A stretch of 64,000 nucleotides of DNA from Antedon mediterranea. Lineage: Eukaryota; Animalia; Echinodermata. Of the stretch, positions 1 through 12,870 are shown piece by piece. A model generated the notes under the pieces. It was not told where the DNA came from and searched no databases. It saw nothing but the letters and a program-made list of their open reading frames with translations. The stretch lies in contig NC_092676.1 of assembly GCF_964355755.1 (NCBI RefSeq), positions 997,788-1,061,787 of the forward strand, read 5' to 3'. Made by a program: the position numbers and the translations under genes. Position 1 is the stretch's first letter. Each line of letters begins with the position of its first letter.

Positions 1-398
1 AATATTGTCCCCGTGACCGAACATATACAGGAGTCTGACTTTTTCTAAGATAAAAACTATGCAATGTTATGAATAAATTCTACGTTGATATCTTGTTAGC
101 AGGAATAGTATACATTATTATTGTTTAAGGAAATACATTTAAAAATATTATATTATTACTCAACTGAGATGGTATAGGAAGTATTAGCAAAACGATTGAC
201 AATAATTAAAATCGTAACAGGGAAAGAAATAACTAAATTAGTAACGTTCATCCGTAACATATCCTAATTTGGCATAAAATACAACAATTAAAATATACTA
301 AAATATGAAATAATGAGAACGGTTAGCAAGACAAGCATTAATAAAAAGTACGTCGACCTAGTGAAACCTTACAAATATTTCTAAATTATCTTTTACAG

Positions 399-566
399 CA
401 AGGTTACCGTGCAACCATCGGCTACCTTATTGAGTACATTACGATGCAGAACTTGCAGAAACGAAGAAAAAGAGTCGGCAAAAGACAAACAGAAAAAAGA
501 AAATCGCACATAGTATTCACTGATGTAAAGGAGTACAGCAATGAGTTGGCCACATTAGAGGAATGA
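399..566 (+). CDS. Terminal coding exon of an upstream paralogous patatin-like/EF-hand gene (rest of gene lies left of the window)
   Basis: Acceptor ttttacag| is followed by QGYRATIGYLIEYITMQNLQKRRK...LEE* (TGA 564-566). The N-terminal part matches the last exon of the downstream gene (QGYRATIAYLSEYVRKH, 24328) in the same phase 0. Confidence 0.8.
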   Translation, partial: QGYRATIGYLIEYITMQNLQKRRKRVGKRQTEKRKSHIVFTDVKEYSNELATLEE

Positions 567-601
567 TGGTTGGATAAGTCAGTGTGTATATTCCACTTGT
601 G

Positions 602-662
602 GGGTTGAGGAGTATGGGCGGCCATTAGGGTTGAGGAGTATGGGCGGCCATTAGGGTTGAGG
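602..662. repeat. 26-bp tandem repeat, ~2.3 copies
   Basis: GGGTTGAGGAGTATGGGCGGCCATTA at 602 and 628, partial at 654. Confidence 0.85.
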
Positions 663-722
663 AGGAGGGGTGTTTCAAAAGTATAGTAATAGAATGTTGG
701 GCGGGGTGGGGGGAGGGGGCAG

Positions 723-900
723 ATTTAATGTTGTACCATGTTTGTAGGGTATACATTCATCTGTCTTATGTCTTTATACATTTAATGTTGTACCATGTTT
801 GTAGGGTATACATTCATCTGTCTTATGTCTTTATACATTTAATGTTGTACCATGTTTGTAGGGTATACATTCATCTGTCTTATGTCTTTATACATTTAAT
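723..900. repeat. 57-bp tandem repeat, 3 copies
   Basis: TTTAATGTTGTACCATG...CTTTATACA at 724, 781 and 838. It explains the repetitive ORF 728-1021. Confidence 0.95.
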
Positions 901-1893
901 TGTGTGGCATATTAAACATACTGCAACTCAAACGTTTACTTTCCTGAGTTTCACACAATTTTTGTATTATAGCTATTCACACTCCGACGTTTGTCCGAAC
1001 ATTCAGTGGCCAAAATGTTAGAATAGTTGTACAATAGAAAACGGGGTTTGGTCAAGTTTAGGGAATACCTCTATTAAGGGGATACTTTCCTATGAAACGA
1101 CCGAACGATTAAACCCTATTAAGGGACCCCTTTAAATGTACACTTTGTTGAGTCCCTAAGCAGGTGTTACTGTATTTTTAAAGGTACATATATCTTTTAT
1201 GTTTATCAGTAATAATATTTGTCTATATGCACTTTCCAGAAATTTACGAACAGGAGAGTTAAGACAATTACAATTGAGTGTGACGATTACTGTGTAAGAG
1301 ATGCAGTAGTCGTAACCGTTACCGCGTCAGATTACGCTCTCGTCGTCACTGTTTGGTGAACTCCTTTAAAAAACTCAAAATAGCCACTTTACCGAAGTTA
1401 ATTTATATTACAATAACGTTTACTTATAATAATTGGTGACTGGTATAATATAATTAAACATTAAGAAGGTTGTGATATGAAGCCAAATTAAAGTTAATCA
1501 TATGTAATGAGGCATTTGATTGTATAACCATTTGAACTGTATAAATATATCAAACCAAGTGAAATAGTTTTGTCTACTTATTATTCATGCAACCAGACCA
1601 ATTACAGTCAGCAGGTGTGTGTACACGTCACGACTTAATACTCATGTTAATACGTTTATTTTAACACAATTCTTTGCCGCTTGTAAACACTGTACTCATT
1701 CAAAATGGGAAATGCAACTGCAAAACAGTTAAAGAAACAGAGGAATAGGCGCAGTGTAAACTTGTCAAAAGGGTCCTAAGATGGATTAGACGATGTAGCA
1801 GCATTATGTAAACGGCGTGGAATCAGAGAACCAACAAAGTTTAGCGTTAGTGCAGACTTACAGGCTAAAGTTAGGATATTGGCACAGTACGAA

Positions 1894-3753
1894 CAGGCCC
1901 GTAGCCAGGGGGGGTTTTTTGGGGTTCGGGCGAACCCCCCATTTTGCGCGAACCCCCCTTGAAAAACAAATGCCCCACTTCCAAAATCGTGCAATTAATT
2001 ATCAATTATAGCAGATTTTTTGGTCATTTTACTTCTATTGACTATGTTTAAATCGATCGAATATACAGATTGTCCGATGTCAAAGTCACTGCTGAGCGTG
2101 AGATCGAGAGATTGTTGAGAGATGATGGTTATAAATATGACAGAAAAATGGACTGACCAATCGCGTGCTTCGGCCGGGCTTTTCGGAACGCACAAGATCA
2201 CGTTCAGTTCAGTTCAATCTTTTTGGGGATTTTTATTTTTTTCCTGGAAATATTTTTCATTAAACCAAGGAATTTCACTGTGTAAACTTGAATAAAAATG
2301 GTGCTGAGTTAAATTGGTACGTGTACGTAGGCCTACCGTATATTTCGGTGTATAAGACGCACTTTTGACACGCAAATTTGACCTCTAAATATTACCCTAA
2401 TTAATTTAATTACCTACTAATACTTAAAAATAGTGTACTACTCTGCAATGTAGGCCTAGCTAGTTACTCACTCCTGTCTAACCACAGTGTGGTAACAAGT
2501 TTATTGAATTTTTAGTTAAGGTAAATTGTCATCCTCGACTGTTTTAATTAATATTACAGTACGCATTAGATATTCTAGCCAGGCCTAGTAATACTCTCTG
2601 AATTCGCCGGTGTGTATTCTAGCAGCATCACAGCGCAACACATTTATGGAAGAGTCCATTAATTACGGTGGTGTCACATTTTAATTACACAATAACTATT
2701 TCCCTTGATCACGGTGGTTTATTTTTATTACATCTCTATGTCAACAATCACATAATTTTATAATCATGTAGGCAATAGTTCGTATGTTAAGCGATATCTA
2801 AAAGAGTGTGTTGTTATTGTGTTAAGTAGCTTCCCCTAATCTCATAGTGTATATGGCCAACAGTGCTGGCCACCAGGCAAGGAGCACATGGTTAGTGCTC
2901 TCCTCTCCTCATATTGCTGTAATGCATGCATGGAAATAGGAAAGATTTTCATATAGGCCTACCCAACATGATATTCCTGGTTCATTATCAGCCCAAAAAA
3001 CTGAACATCATTTGGATTGATTTTATAATGGTCATACACACAATAAGAAGGTATATATTTAAATAATATGAAATTAAAGTTACTTAAATGACATAGGCTA
3101 GCCCTACCCACACAGTGCATCGTAACTGAAACAATATGGGGATTTCCCTTTTCATTGAATGTTCAGTTTAAGTAGTATAGTAGTAGTAGTTGAAGTAGAG
3201 ACTGATTACGATGTAATAAAGGCAATCAAACAAAATTATATCATTTGATTCTAATAAATATGTCTCAAATATCGTTGTTTTATTATTAAAATACCATTGT
3301 TTTGATTGTAAAATGTTTAAATTACATGCATCGACTACATAAAAAATACTAATATTTTAGTCTCCGTTATGGGTGCGTCTTATACAAAGGAATATACGGT
3401 ACTATTTGTTTTTTATGTTTATAGGATAAGAAATTATTTAAGGGCCTAATATAATATACTTTTTTGCAACAATAAAGCTGTATTTCATGATCAGTACTAC
3501 TAACTTCCATAATACTGTACTATATAATTTCTCTGCATAACTCAGATTTTAGTAGGTAAAAAATGTCTCTGTAAGCTTATTAAAACAACCGAAATTGCTC
3601 TGAGAGCCAAAGCTTCCAGGGGCCTTCGCCCCCTGGACCCCGACCGGGAGCCCTTGGCGGCCCCCTGGCCCCCAGCCTACAGTTGCTCGCTGCGCTCGCA
3701 AAATACTTGGTGTCAAGAAAACCCCCCTCTGATGCATTCTGGCTACGGGCCTG
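1894..3753. mobile_element. Non-autonomous TIR DNA transposon, 15-bp TIR, 5-bp TSD (hAT5-like candidate)
   Basis: CAGGCCCGTAGCCAG (1894-1908) pairs with CTGGCTACGGGCCTG (3739-3753). ACGAA is duplicated at 1889-1893 and 3754-3758. Removing the element restores the exon. No transposase ORF. Confidence 0.9.
2336..3399. mobile_element. Non-autonomous Tc1/mariner-pogo-like element nested in the 1894-3753 element
   Basis: TA|CCGTATATTTCGGTGTATAAGACGCAC ... GTGCGTCTTATACAAAGGAATATACGG|TA: 27-bp imperfect TIR with TA duplication. Confidence 0.8.
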
Positions 3754-4388
3754 ACGAATACCCGTTCAATAATCTAGTATTCAGAGTGGCAGAGGGAACA
3801 GGTTGTTTGGATATACCGGAGTGCTGGAGGCATTCATTAAGTTGGCTTAGTTTAAGTTATCTTCGTCTGACGTAACGTACTGTAGATGCGTAGAACATAA
3901 ACATCTTACAGTTACTTTATTCGAAATTCACTTTGTGTACACTGCTCCTCCTAGGCTGGGGGAATTATCACTCGCGTAGTGATTGGTAAAATTACAGACG
4001 ACATTTTCATTTACTCTGAAAGCAATTGAGAAAGTTTCTAAATGTTCAGAAGAAAAACATGTATTATCAATTATTAAATTACATTAATTAATCAATACAT
4101 TTTAATCAATAATAATGAATCAAATACAGAATGAAAGAAGATAAAGAAAAAAAAGATGATGATGATTTCGTACAATCACAAGGAGTTATCCTGAGTGTGA
4201 TTTCGTTGCGGATAACTAATTCATGATTAAGAAGTAAATATTTCAATTATATTGATTGCGATAGCTAAATAGCTGACTTCAATACGGTTATAACTGAAGT
4301 TTGTTCACATAAAACGTATAAGTTACGAAAGAAATGTTGGACAAAATGTAGCAATTATGACATCATTGAGGACGTCTGTCCGTAAAAC

Positions 4389-4414
4389 CATGGAGAAATA
4401 CTTATTTCTCCATG
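4389..4414. mobile_element. 26-bp P-element-like mini-insertion/excision remnant
   Basis: CATGGAGAAATA-CT-TATTTCTCCATG flanked by the 7-bp direct repeat GTAAAAC (4382-4388, 4415-4421). Confidence 0.7.
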
Positions 4415-4629
4415 GTAAAACAGAGGGTTTGTGAAAGTGTTGACTGTATTGTGTTAGTGCGCCATCAGTGGTAGGCCTACTAACCCAATACCAGCATGTG
4501 CTTATTATCTAGGTCAAGACTCACGACTCGGAGAAAGGATTATCATTGTTTAGTTCGTCCAGCTACAGTAAGCTGACATCTCGCAATCCTAACAACTATT
4601 ATATTGGTTATTTACGTACCGTCTACACG

Positions 4630-4875
4630 ATGGGGAACACCTGTCAACCACTTAAGAATAGAAGACGTAGTGTAATAATACAAGACGGTGCTTTGGCGGG
4701 TTTAAGTCCCACAGCAGCTTTGGCTAAACGTCGTGGAATTAAAGATCCTAACTTTACTGTTCATCCAGATCTCCAAGCTGAAGTTAAAGAACTTGCTCAG
4801 TACCAGTACCCGTTTAAGAACTTAGCCTTCAGTGGAGGTGGAAACAGGTTATTTGCTTACACTGGCGCACTTGAG
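4630..4875 (+). CDS. Intact first coding exon (copy 1b) of patatin-like phospholipase; alternative or orphan first exon
   Basis: MGNTCQPLKNRRRSV...YPFKNLAFSGGGNRLFAYTGALE|gtatgt, 82 codons. Contains the patatin Gly-rich loop. The phase-0 donor is compatible with the acceptor at 17950. Confidence 0.8.
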
Positions 4876-7800
4876 GTATGTTTCCCCCGAAAACTTTGAG
4901 TTAATACTTAGAACAGGCGTATATTTGGCACTTCAAATAAAGGAATGTCATTGACTGACGTACCACTTCAGTTTATTTATCGATTTTTAATACTTAGCCC
5001 ATCCCGGAAAACTAAACAAATTTGTCCATTTATTCGATTTAGCACGCATAATCGTGGGGTGTTGTTTAAAGTGTAGACTTACATTCTTTTGGTACTAAGT
5101 ACACTTTTGTATCAGTTTTATAATAGGATTATGCTCTTGTGAGAACTGGTTAACACAATGTACATTACTCGCCTAGTAAGATAAATCCCTATTCGGACTA
5201 CAGCTAAAACTTCTTGACCATGGGAGTGGAAATAATGTACTGTACAGTACCGCCACATACATCACCAAATCAGCAGGAAAGTTTAAACATAATTTTCTTT
5301 CTACTCTGGAATCAGCATTTCCACATCGTAAACTGTGATTTTCAAACAATAATTATTTACATACAAATTCCACAAAAATAACACCACACGCACCCCTACC
5401 ACCACTCATTGTTGCAAAGATATCAATTAATTTTATGTATAAAGGTGCTGTAGGCCTCTTATCAAGGCTAAAATGCTTTGTTATTAAACAAGACGTACAG
5501 TACATGAAACACTTCATGAAATGAAATGCGATACTTAACCTTGTGTAGGCCTACATGTCAGACAGAGTGTTGACAAAGTGCGAGGCAGCGAGGCATGCCA
5601 AATATTTGTGCGAGGCATCATTTTATCATTTCCAAAAGTGCGAGGCATATAGTTTACAATTTCAAAAAGGTGCGAGGCATATCTTAACGTGCTATTATGC
5701 TATATTATAGGCCTAATAATCAATCGATGAGTGTTGACAAAGTGCGAGGCAGCGAGGCATGCGAGGCATGCCAAATATTTGTGCGAGGCATCATTTTATC
5801 ATTTCCAAAAGTGCGAGGCATGCGAGGCATATAGTTTACAATTTCAAAAAGGTGCGAGGCATATCTTAACGTGCTATTATGCTATATTATAGGCCTAATA
5901 ATCAATCGATACAAGCGTATCTAAATAGATTCGTGTATACACTCATCATGTTGTTTATTTTTATGTAACGATTGTTTTTTCATTCAAGTCATATCGTGTC
6001 AAATTTTACTTTTACAAAAGTGCCCAAACTACGGTTCAAAAATCTGAACGACAGTCTTCAACTTTCGATAAACAATAATTGTTATAGCGACACACTCATC
6101 AAATGACTGCAATGTTTGTTGGCATTTCGAGCGTGTTCACTCACATGTCTCTCGAACAAAGCAGAGTGAAAATAATATTTTGTCACACGGTCACACCCCT
6201 GCGCCTAGATCCAGTAGTAGTGTAGGCTGGTATGTCGTTTATATGAATGTCGTGTATATTTTTTGTTAAAAGCAAACTTTGACTTTATTTCATATCTTGA
6301 TAATATAAGGAATGAAAAAAAATATGTTGCCATTTTTTCAAAGGACATTTAAAGGACCAAATTCAAGATGGCCGCCAACATTCAAATAACCCTATTAAAA
6401 ATCAGAATATCACCTATAATACAAATTATGAATGTGGAACAAGTCCGTTTTGATGGTATTACTGTACCCATTATACAATCCTAACTATGTAAAGCGATAA
6501 TCTGTCGGCCATCTTGGATTTCAAAATGGCCGCCACTAAAAATTAAATTCTTTAAATAATTTTTTTTAAATATGTGTGCATAAATTGTTGTTTGTACACA
6601 ATGTTCTAAAATTGTCACTTCTCACAGGATTGTAAATTGTAAATATAAGACTGTCTAAAGTTGTCAATGTCCTCTATATAACAGATATATAATACCCCAC
6701 TATGACTATTAAATTAAATAATCGTTCAAAGTTGGATTTGCAAAAGTATGGAACAACTTAACAATTTATATCAAATATTCAACAACAATTACGTCTAACT
6801 AGAGGGTTAGACCTCTAGTTCGCTCGCTCCCCTCTAGGAAGTGTAAACGAAGGTTCTCGGAATGATAATGACTCGGGTAAAAAGGATTTAGAAGGACGTT
6901 CTCCTTGTACGTTTTCTGTCGGTTACCATTATTGAAAATGCTTGACATTCGAAAAACTAAACCTACTCTGTTTCACAGTGTCTTAGATGATTAATAACAT
7001 TTTAAAGTATAGTGTTTATTGTTTTATAGGGTGGAGGTGGGGAGGCAGAGTTCATTTGAGGGAGATGCTTATTCAAGGGATTTTTTAGTTTTAATAATAT
7101 TGTAACATTTATAATCAAATAAAATCCTCTAATAGATATGAAAAGTGGTAAAAAATTTTAATAAATGCTTGGTAAATTATAGTTAACACCCGAGGGGTGG
7201 AGGGGGGGGGGGTGTAGGCAATTATTATTCAAAGTGATGTTTTATTGGGGAGGCGTTTATTCAAATAAATACCATCATAATACATTATTTAATTTAAACA
7301 TCTTTTGAAACTAACTTCCGCGACAGTGTAGGCCGTTTCGGCCCAAGAAAGAAGATGTTTAGACGGCTTGCAATATGGGCCCTAATGGGACACAGATAGC
7401 CTACAGTTATTCCTGCCAGCTTACTCAATAAAACTCGGCTATCGGGATTTTATTTTTTAACTACTGTACCTTCACACGCGCGGTCCAATCCGAAAATAAA
7501 CAAAAAACTAAAATAGCTATAGCCACTAACGACCAACTTAACTGAAACCAGGTAGTTGTTGCAAGGTGAACCTGTGAACTCATCGTGAATCCGGAAATTA
7601 CTTTGACCACGTACAATTGAAATTGAGTTGAAAATCTACCAATGAATCAGAAATTTTGTTTTAAAACTCTTTATAATATATTCCTAAGATAGAAATATGG
7701 AACAATATCGTAATAGTGAAAACTGTTTTACATTTTGCGGTACACCTAAGATAGTTCAGGTAGGTATCCAAGGCAGACATTTGTTCCAAAGTTTTTCCAT

Positions 7801-8375
7801 TGTGCTCGCCTATGTCAGAATTAACCATAATTTATATATACTAGGTCGTGCCCACAGATGGTTCTCGAATACACAGTATTTCCAGCGAGAAAAAAATGGA
7901 GATTTCAAATGTACGTACCGCAGGACTATAATACATTGTCGTTTACAGAAACGAATAAATATACACAATGATTTATGTAGTCAACCAAAATTAGCACCCT
8001 GGGAATTACTTCCGAGAGAGAAACAATTTTTTTTATTTGGACTCATTTAAACAAACCCAATTTGTGTTTTGTATGTAACATTAAGGGTTGAGGGATGGGG
8101 GAAGAAGATAGGTACAAAGAGGAAACATTTTAAAATTTATTCTTATCCACTCAGTAACGAAATATTGTTTTTAATGTTTTATAGGCCTATAAATAATATA
8201 CCACTAAATACAGTAAAACATTTACGATTTAATACGGTACTTTGTTAAAACTCTCACTGTCATAGTCGATTGAAATAGTAAAGTACATGTAACGATACAC
8301 CACTACGACGTTTATATATTTTTAAATTATTAATTAATACAAACGTTGAGAAGCAACTGTCAGTAATAACGTTTA

Positions 8376-8901
8376 TTTATTTGTATATTATATGTTTATA
8401 ATCTAACAGTAGGGCCTACCCACACTCACAGTAATAAAGTTTATTTGTATATATTTTTATATTACATCTAACAGTACCAACACTCACAGTAAGAAATTTG
8501 CGATTCAAATTGCGATCAAAAGTGGTTAATACCTTAACAGTATTGTACAGCATTGCAATACTATTTATGTTTATTCTCCAAGGGGGCCCATAAATCTAAA
8601 TCTATACCTCTATGGTTAAACCAAATAATTTGGAATGTTTATTTGTATATTATATGTTTATAATCTAACAGTAGGGCCTACCCACACTCACAGTAATAAA
8701 GTTTATTTGTATATATTTTTATATTACATCTAACAGTACCAACACTCACAGTAAGACATTTGCGATTCAAATTGCGATCAAAAGTGGTTAATACCTTAAC
8801 AGTATTGTACAGCATTGCAATACTATTTATGTTTATTCTCCAAGGAGGCCCATAAATCTAAATCTATACCTGTATGGTTAAACCAAATAATTTGGAATGT
8901 T
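8376..8901. repeat. 262-bp tandem duplication
   Basis: Near-identical copies starting at 8376 and 8638. Confidence 0.9.
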
Positions 8902-9183
8902 CCATTCATCACAAATCAATACATTTGTAAAAACGTATATTAAATGTATCAAAATAGTATTTTTTAAAGAAAATCGGCCTGTCTTCAACATTATGATGCT
9001 GTACTCGAACTGTTCAACCGGTTTTCAGCTATTAAAAACAATTATCGTAGGAGGAGATAGAAAAATGCGAAGCCTCCTCGCATTTTTGTGGCGGGTATTT
9101 TTCAAGATGGACATCCATTAGACAGTGTATACCACGATCGGAAAACACCCCTATTTGGGGCAAATCTTTGAACCTAAATTCGT

Positions 9184-9518
9184 TTTAATCGTCAATAACT
9201 AATTATCTAACTTAATTTAATTAGTAAACAGGGTTACATCAGGTGGTTAAAATCAGTACCGAAAGTACGAACCAACTTTACATACCATCGAGTAAAAATT
9301 CTAAAAGTAAGGCGCGATTTACCGAATTTTGCCCTTACGTAAATTTATATTTTAATCGTCAATAACTAATTATCTAACTTAATTTAATTAGTAAACAGGG
9401 TTACATCAGGTGGTTAAAATCAGTACCGAAAGTACGAACCAACTTTACATACCATCGAGTAAAAATTCTAAAAGTAAGGCGCGATTTACCGAATTTTGCC
9501 CTTACGTAAATTTATATA
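9184..9518. repeat. 167-bp tandem duplication
   Basis: Copies starting TTTAATCGTCAATAACT at 9184 and 9351. Confidence 0.9.
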
Positions 9519-11740
9519 TAGATATAGATTCTAAATTGCAGATCTCATTTCTTTTCATGAAACTGAAACTTGACAGGAGACAGGACCACAATATAAAACA
9601 AGTGCATTTATACCTTATTGTGAAATCCTGTATAAATATGTTAAATAATAAATGCGTTATTGCTATGTAATTCAATGCCTGAACCTTCAGGGCCATAGTC
9701 ACCAGTATGGTTGGTAAGTTTTCAACCTGTCAACTTTTGGTAGAAGCTTGAAAGAAATACAGATACAGCTCTGCCTATAAATAACCTTGTAAATGAATGA
9801 ACTCCTACTTCTCATCTTCTACAATCTCAACCAATTTCATTAGATATGTAGGCCTACCCCCTACAGACAGACCAGCATTATACACTCGTTTGATGAGTGC
9901 ACATGGTTGTGGTATAAAAACTCATGTACTAGGGAAAGACAAGAATGCCTGGTGATGACTCTTGCCCGAGATGAGTGGAGGTGGACAGAGATGACATCGA
10001 AAAGCAATTATTATGTCGACCCGGTGAACTATATGGCTTTTGGACATGTATCATTGTGAAAATAGTGTTGAGGCAAGTGCTTTTGTTGAAACTGAACTTG
10101 TATTACCTATGCCACAAATATCTTAAATGGAAAACATCTGTAAAGGACAAAAGCACACTAATTCTGCTTTCTCTCTACAACTTGCTTCTACAAATGCAGA
10201 CAGAGAAAGAGATTCTAAGTTAAGTATCATTTTGTTTGAAAGACGCCGATCATAAAGATATTAACTTGAATACTGAGAGTCGACGAAATCTAATGATGTG
10301 GTTAAACTATATCCCTATATATGTATATGAGAGGACATGTATGTGTGGGACTTGCTGGATTTACATCATCAATTGATCAGGGTCATTGAGCGTGGTATAA
10401 TTGGAATAACACAAATTAATGATTTCATCAGAGCTGGCAAATCATTTAAACATTTAAAGAGAGATGATATCTCGATTGAAGAATGCTGCAGGTGTTTGTT
10501 GGCCATGGCATGATGAAATTGGACAGAAAATGTTTGAGGCATTGGTAAAAGTCTTGTAGAAGGCAAACTGTCTATATGGTATCCTAATAAAAAGACGAAT
10601 ATTGGCAAAAAATATATATGACGGTGAATACAGGTCACAAACTTATCAAAGTAAAAGAGGACTCCTATAGAGATTATTTGCCGGTGAAATGAGGTATTTC
10701 AGTTATTTTGCCAATTTGTTTCTGAACAAGGTTGTTGGGAACGCAGATCAGTCTGTGGAAGTTTGATGGATACAGTAGTAGAAAACGAAGGAAGGTCAAC
10801 TTACTGTATCGCATTCAAGATTAGAAATATTTCATTGAAGGACTTTGGCAGAGTTAGTTGTCATTTAACTGAAGAAGTTTATAAGATGTTTTAATATGAA
10901 GAAGTGTACTGTCAGTACTGTAGAGCTCCTGATGGTCAACATTTTGTGTTAATCACCATGTTGTTGTCATAAGCATATCATTTTGTGTATTTCAATCTAA
11001 TTTTATTTAACTTATACAAGTTTTAATAAGAAATGTAACCCATTTTTAAAAAATGGCGGCCATTTTGAATTTCAAAATGGCCGCCATTTTGTGTTAATCA
11101 TCAATGTTGTTGTCATAGGCCTATCATTTTATGTGATTTCAATCCACGTCATAACTTGCACATGTTTTAATAAGAAATCTAATCCATTTTTAAAAAATGG
11201 CGGCCATTTTGAAATTCAAAATGTCAGAATACTAATGAATATAGGTTTATAATAATTCTTATATAGCAGAGAACCCATATGAACTTAAAATATTATTCAT
11301 AATGGGTGTTACTTTGTCCAATATGGTACATTTATTGGATATTTTACGTATTGGCGGCCATCTTGGATTTGACACCCTTAAGCTTTTTAAAAAAAATGGC
11401 AACATATTTTTTTCATTACTTTACATCCTAAAGACACTAAATCAGCTGGAATTTTGCTTTTAACAAAAAAATGACACGAAATTACATAGTGGCCTACACT
11501 ATAGACCCGAGAGATGGAAAATCCCTCTTTACTATTTAGCAGGTAGCGGAATGATTCAGCCCTCAGCTCAGAGGATTGTGGTGCATTCCCCTCCTATAGC
11601 ACGTGGTTTCAGCAGCAACGCACAGACTTCTCTCTGAGCGGCGTGCCAAAGACATTTTTGACATTCCATTCTCTAGGAACAACACGTGTACCTCTCTCGC
11701 AAATAAGGTGAACAGCGATTGCCAGGAAAAGTTCAATAAA

Positions 11741-12548
11741 AGCCCCTTTCTCACAGATGTGTCTGCAATATACCGGTACAGTGCTGGCGTCGTGCTGGTA
11801 TCGTTACCGGCATATACCCATTCTCATCGGACTATCGTGCCGGAAATATAACCGGTATATACCGGCTTTCTGTGAGAAAGGAGTCGGGCATATTCGGCCA
11901 ATAAAAAGTCTCTGACAAAATAATTATTGAGGGCGTCCTTTATTGTTATTATTTTTGTCTAGGGATATATGGCGGCGAATGTTAAGTTACAGATTATTAT
12001 CTTCCTTTATAGCATATTTATGCAATAAATGCTATGTACAGTATATTGTGCATATATTATACAGGTACAGCAATTAATTAGTCGTCATCGGCAATCTGTA
12101 AAACACCTTAGAAGGCTGTACAATTTACAAGGCGACGAAGGGTCAGGCTAGTAAGGCACCAACAAAGAGCTATATGGCCAAGGCCTGCTATAGATTATGC
12201 TACAAATTTCTTCTTGTCCCTCTCTCTCTCTTATCTCATTATCCCTCCAGTTCGACATTATTATTGTTAATTGAATTGAATCGGCGCCAAAGTGATACAA
12301 CCATACACTTTACCGCGCAAGGTGTCTGAAGCCTCGACAGGGAACCCGGGAATATAACGGCGTTACGTTCTCACAGAATGCCCGTCTGGCATTGCGGGGA
12401 ATATCCCTAGAATATTACTAGGTCTAAAGCAGGTCATGTCGGTGCCGGCATGATGCCGAGACGACCCGTTCTCACAGAAATCCATACCGGCATGGTAATG
12501 GTATATTCCCGCCATATTCCTGGCACTCAGCTCTGTGAGAAAGGGGCT
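11741..12548. mobile_element. MITE, PIF/Harbinger-like, with internal copies of the TIR motif
   Basis: AGCCCCTTTCTCACAGA (11741) pairs with TCTGTGAGAAAGGGGCT (ending 12548). TAA-like flanks are imperfect on the left. Internal TTCTCACAGA-type motifs occur near 11870, 12368 and 12469. Confidence 0.6.
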
Positions 12549-12870
12549 TAACTGGCGGTGAATAAAAGGTAACTGATATGCCGATCCAATAACATGCCGC
12601 AAAGAAAAAAATTGCGACAGAATTCTGGAGCGCGTGTGAAAAAAGACTTACGTCCGACAATTGTAATACTAGGCCTAAAATTAAACTTTAGCTAATATGC
12701 TTAGCCCTAACCTAGATAAGAGGCCTATGTAGAAGATAATTTAATCAATTTTGATATAACAATAATTGGTGTAATATTTAATAATGATACACTATTCCTG
12801 TTTTAGTAAGCTAGGTATATTACGAACGATTTTTATTTATTGTTGTCCATGTACGTACTAATAAACCTGG

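Larger units (their letters stand above)
1705..3829 (+). pseudogene. Decayed first exon (copy 1a) of the patatin-like gene, split by a transposon
   Basis: 1705-1893 reads MGNATAKQLKKQRNRRSVNLSKGS*DGLDDVAALCKRRGIREP...LAQYE. After the insertion, 3759-3829 reads YPFNNLVF(frameshift)GRGNRLFGYTGVLE. It is colinear with exons 4630-4875 and 15898-16140. Lesions: TAA at 1777-1779, a ~2-nt frameshift near 3783, and GC instead of GT at the donor (3830). Confidence 0.9.
6218..11501. mobile_element. Academ-like DNA transposon (decayed), nested
   Basis: Termini TAGTGTAGGC...GCCTACACTA, with TAG duplicated at 6215-6217 and 11502-11504. Long imperfect TIRs (>150 bp) with repeated AAGATGGCCGCC/AAAATGGCGGCC motifs. 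The family call rests on TAG..CTA termini, a 3-bp TSD and long TIRs. No intact ORF. Confidence 0.7.

Noticed and set aside
4546-4629. N-terminal extension of ORF 4546-4899 from a TTG start
   Set aside because: Eukaryotic gene; ATG 4630 aligns with the MG starts of the paralogous exons.
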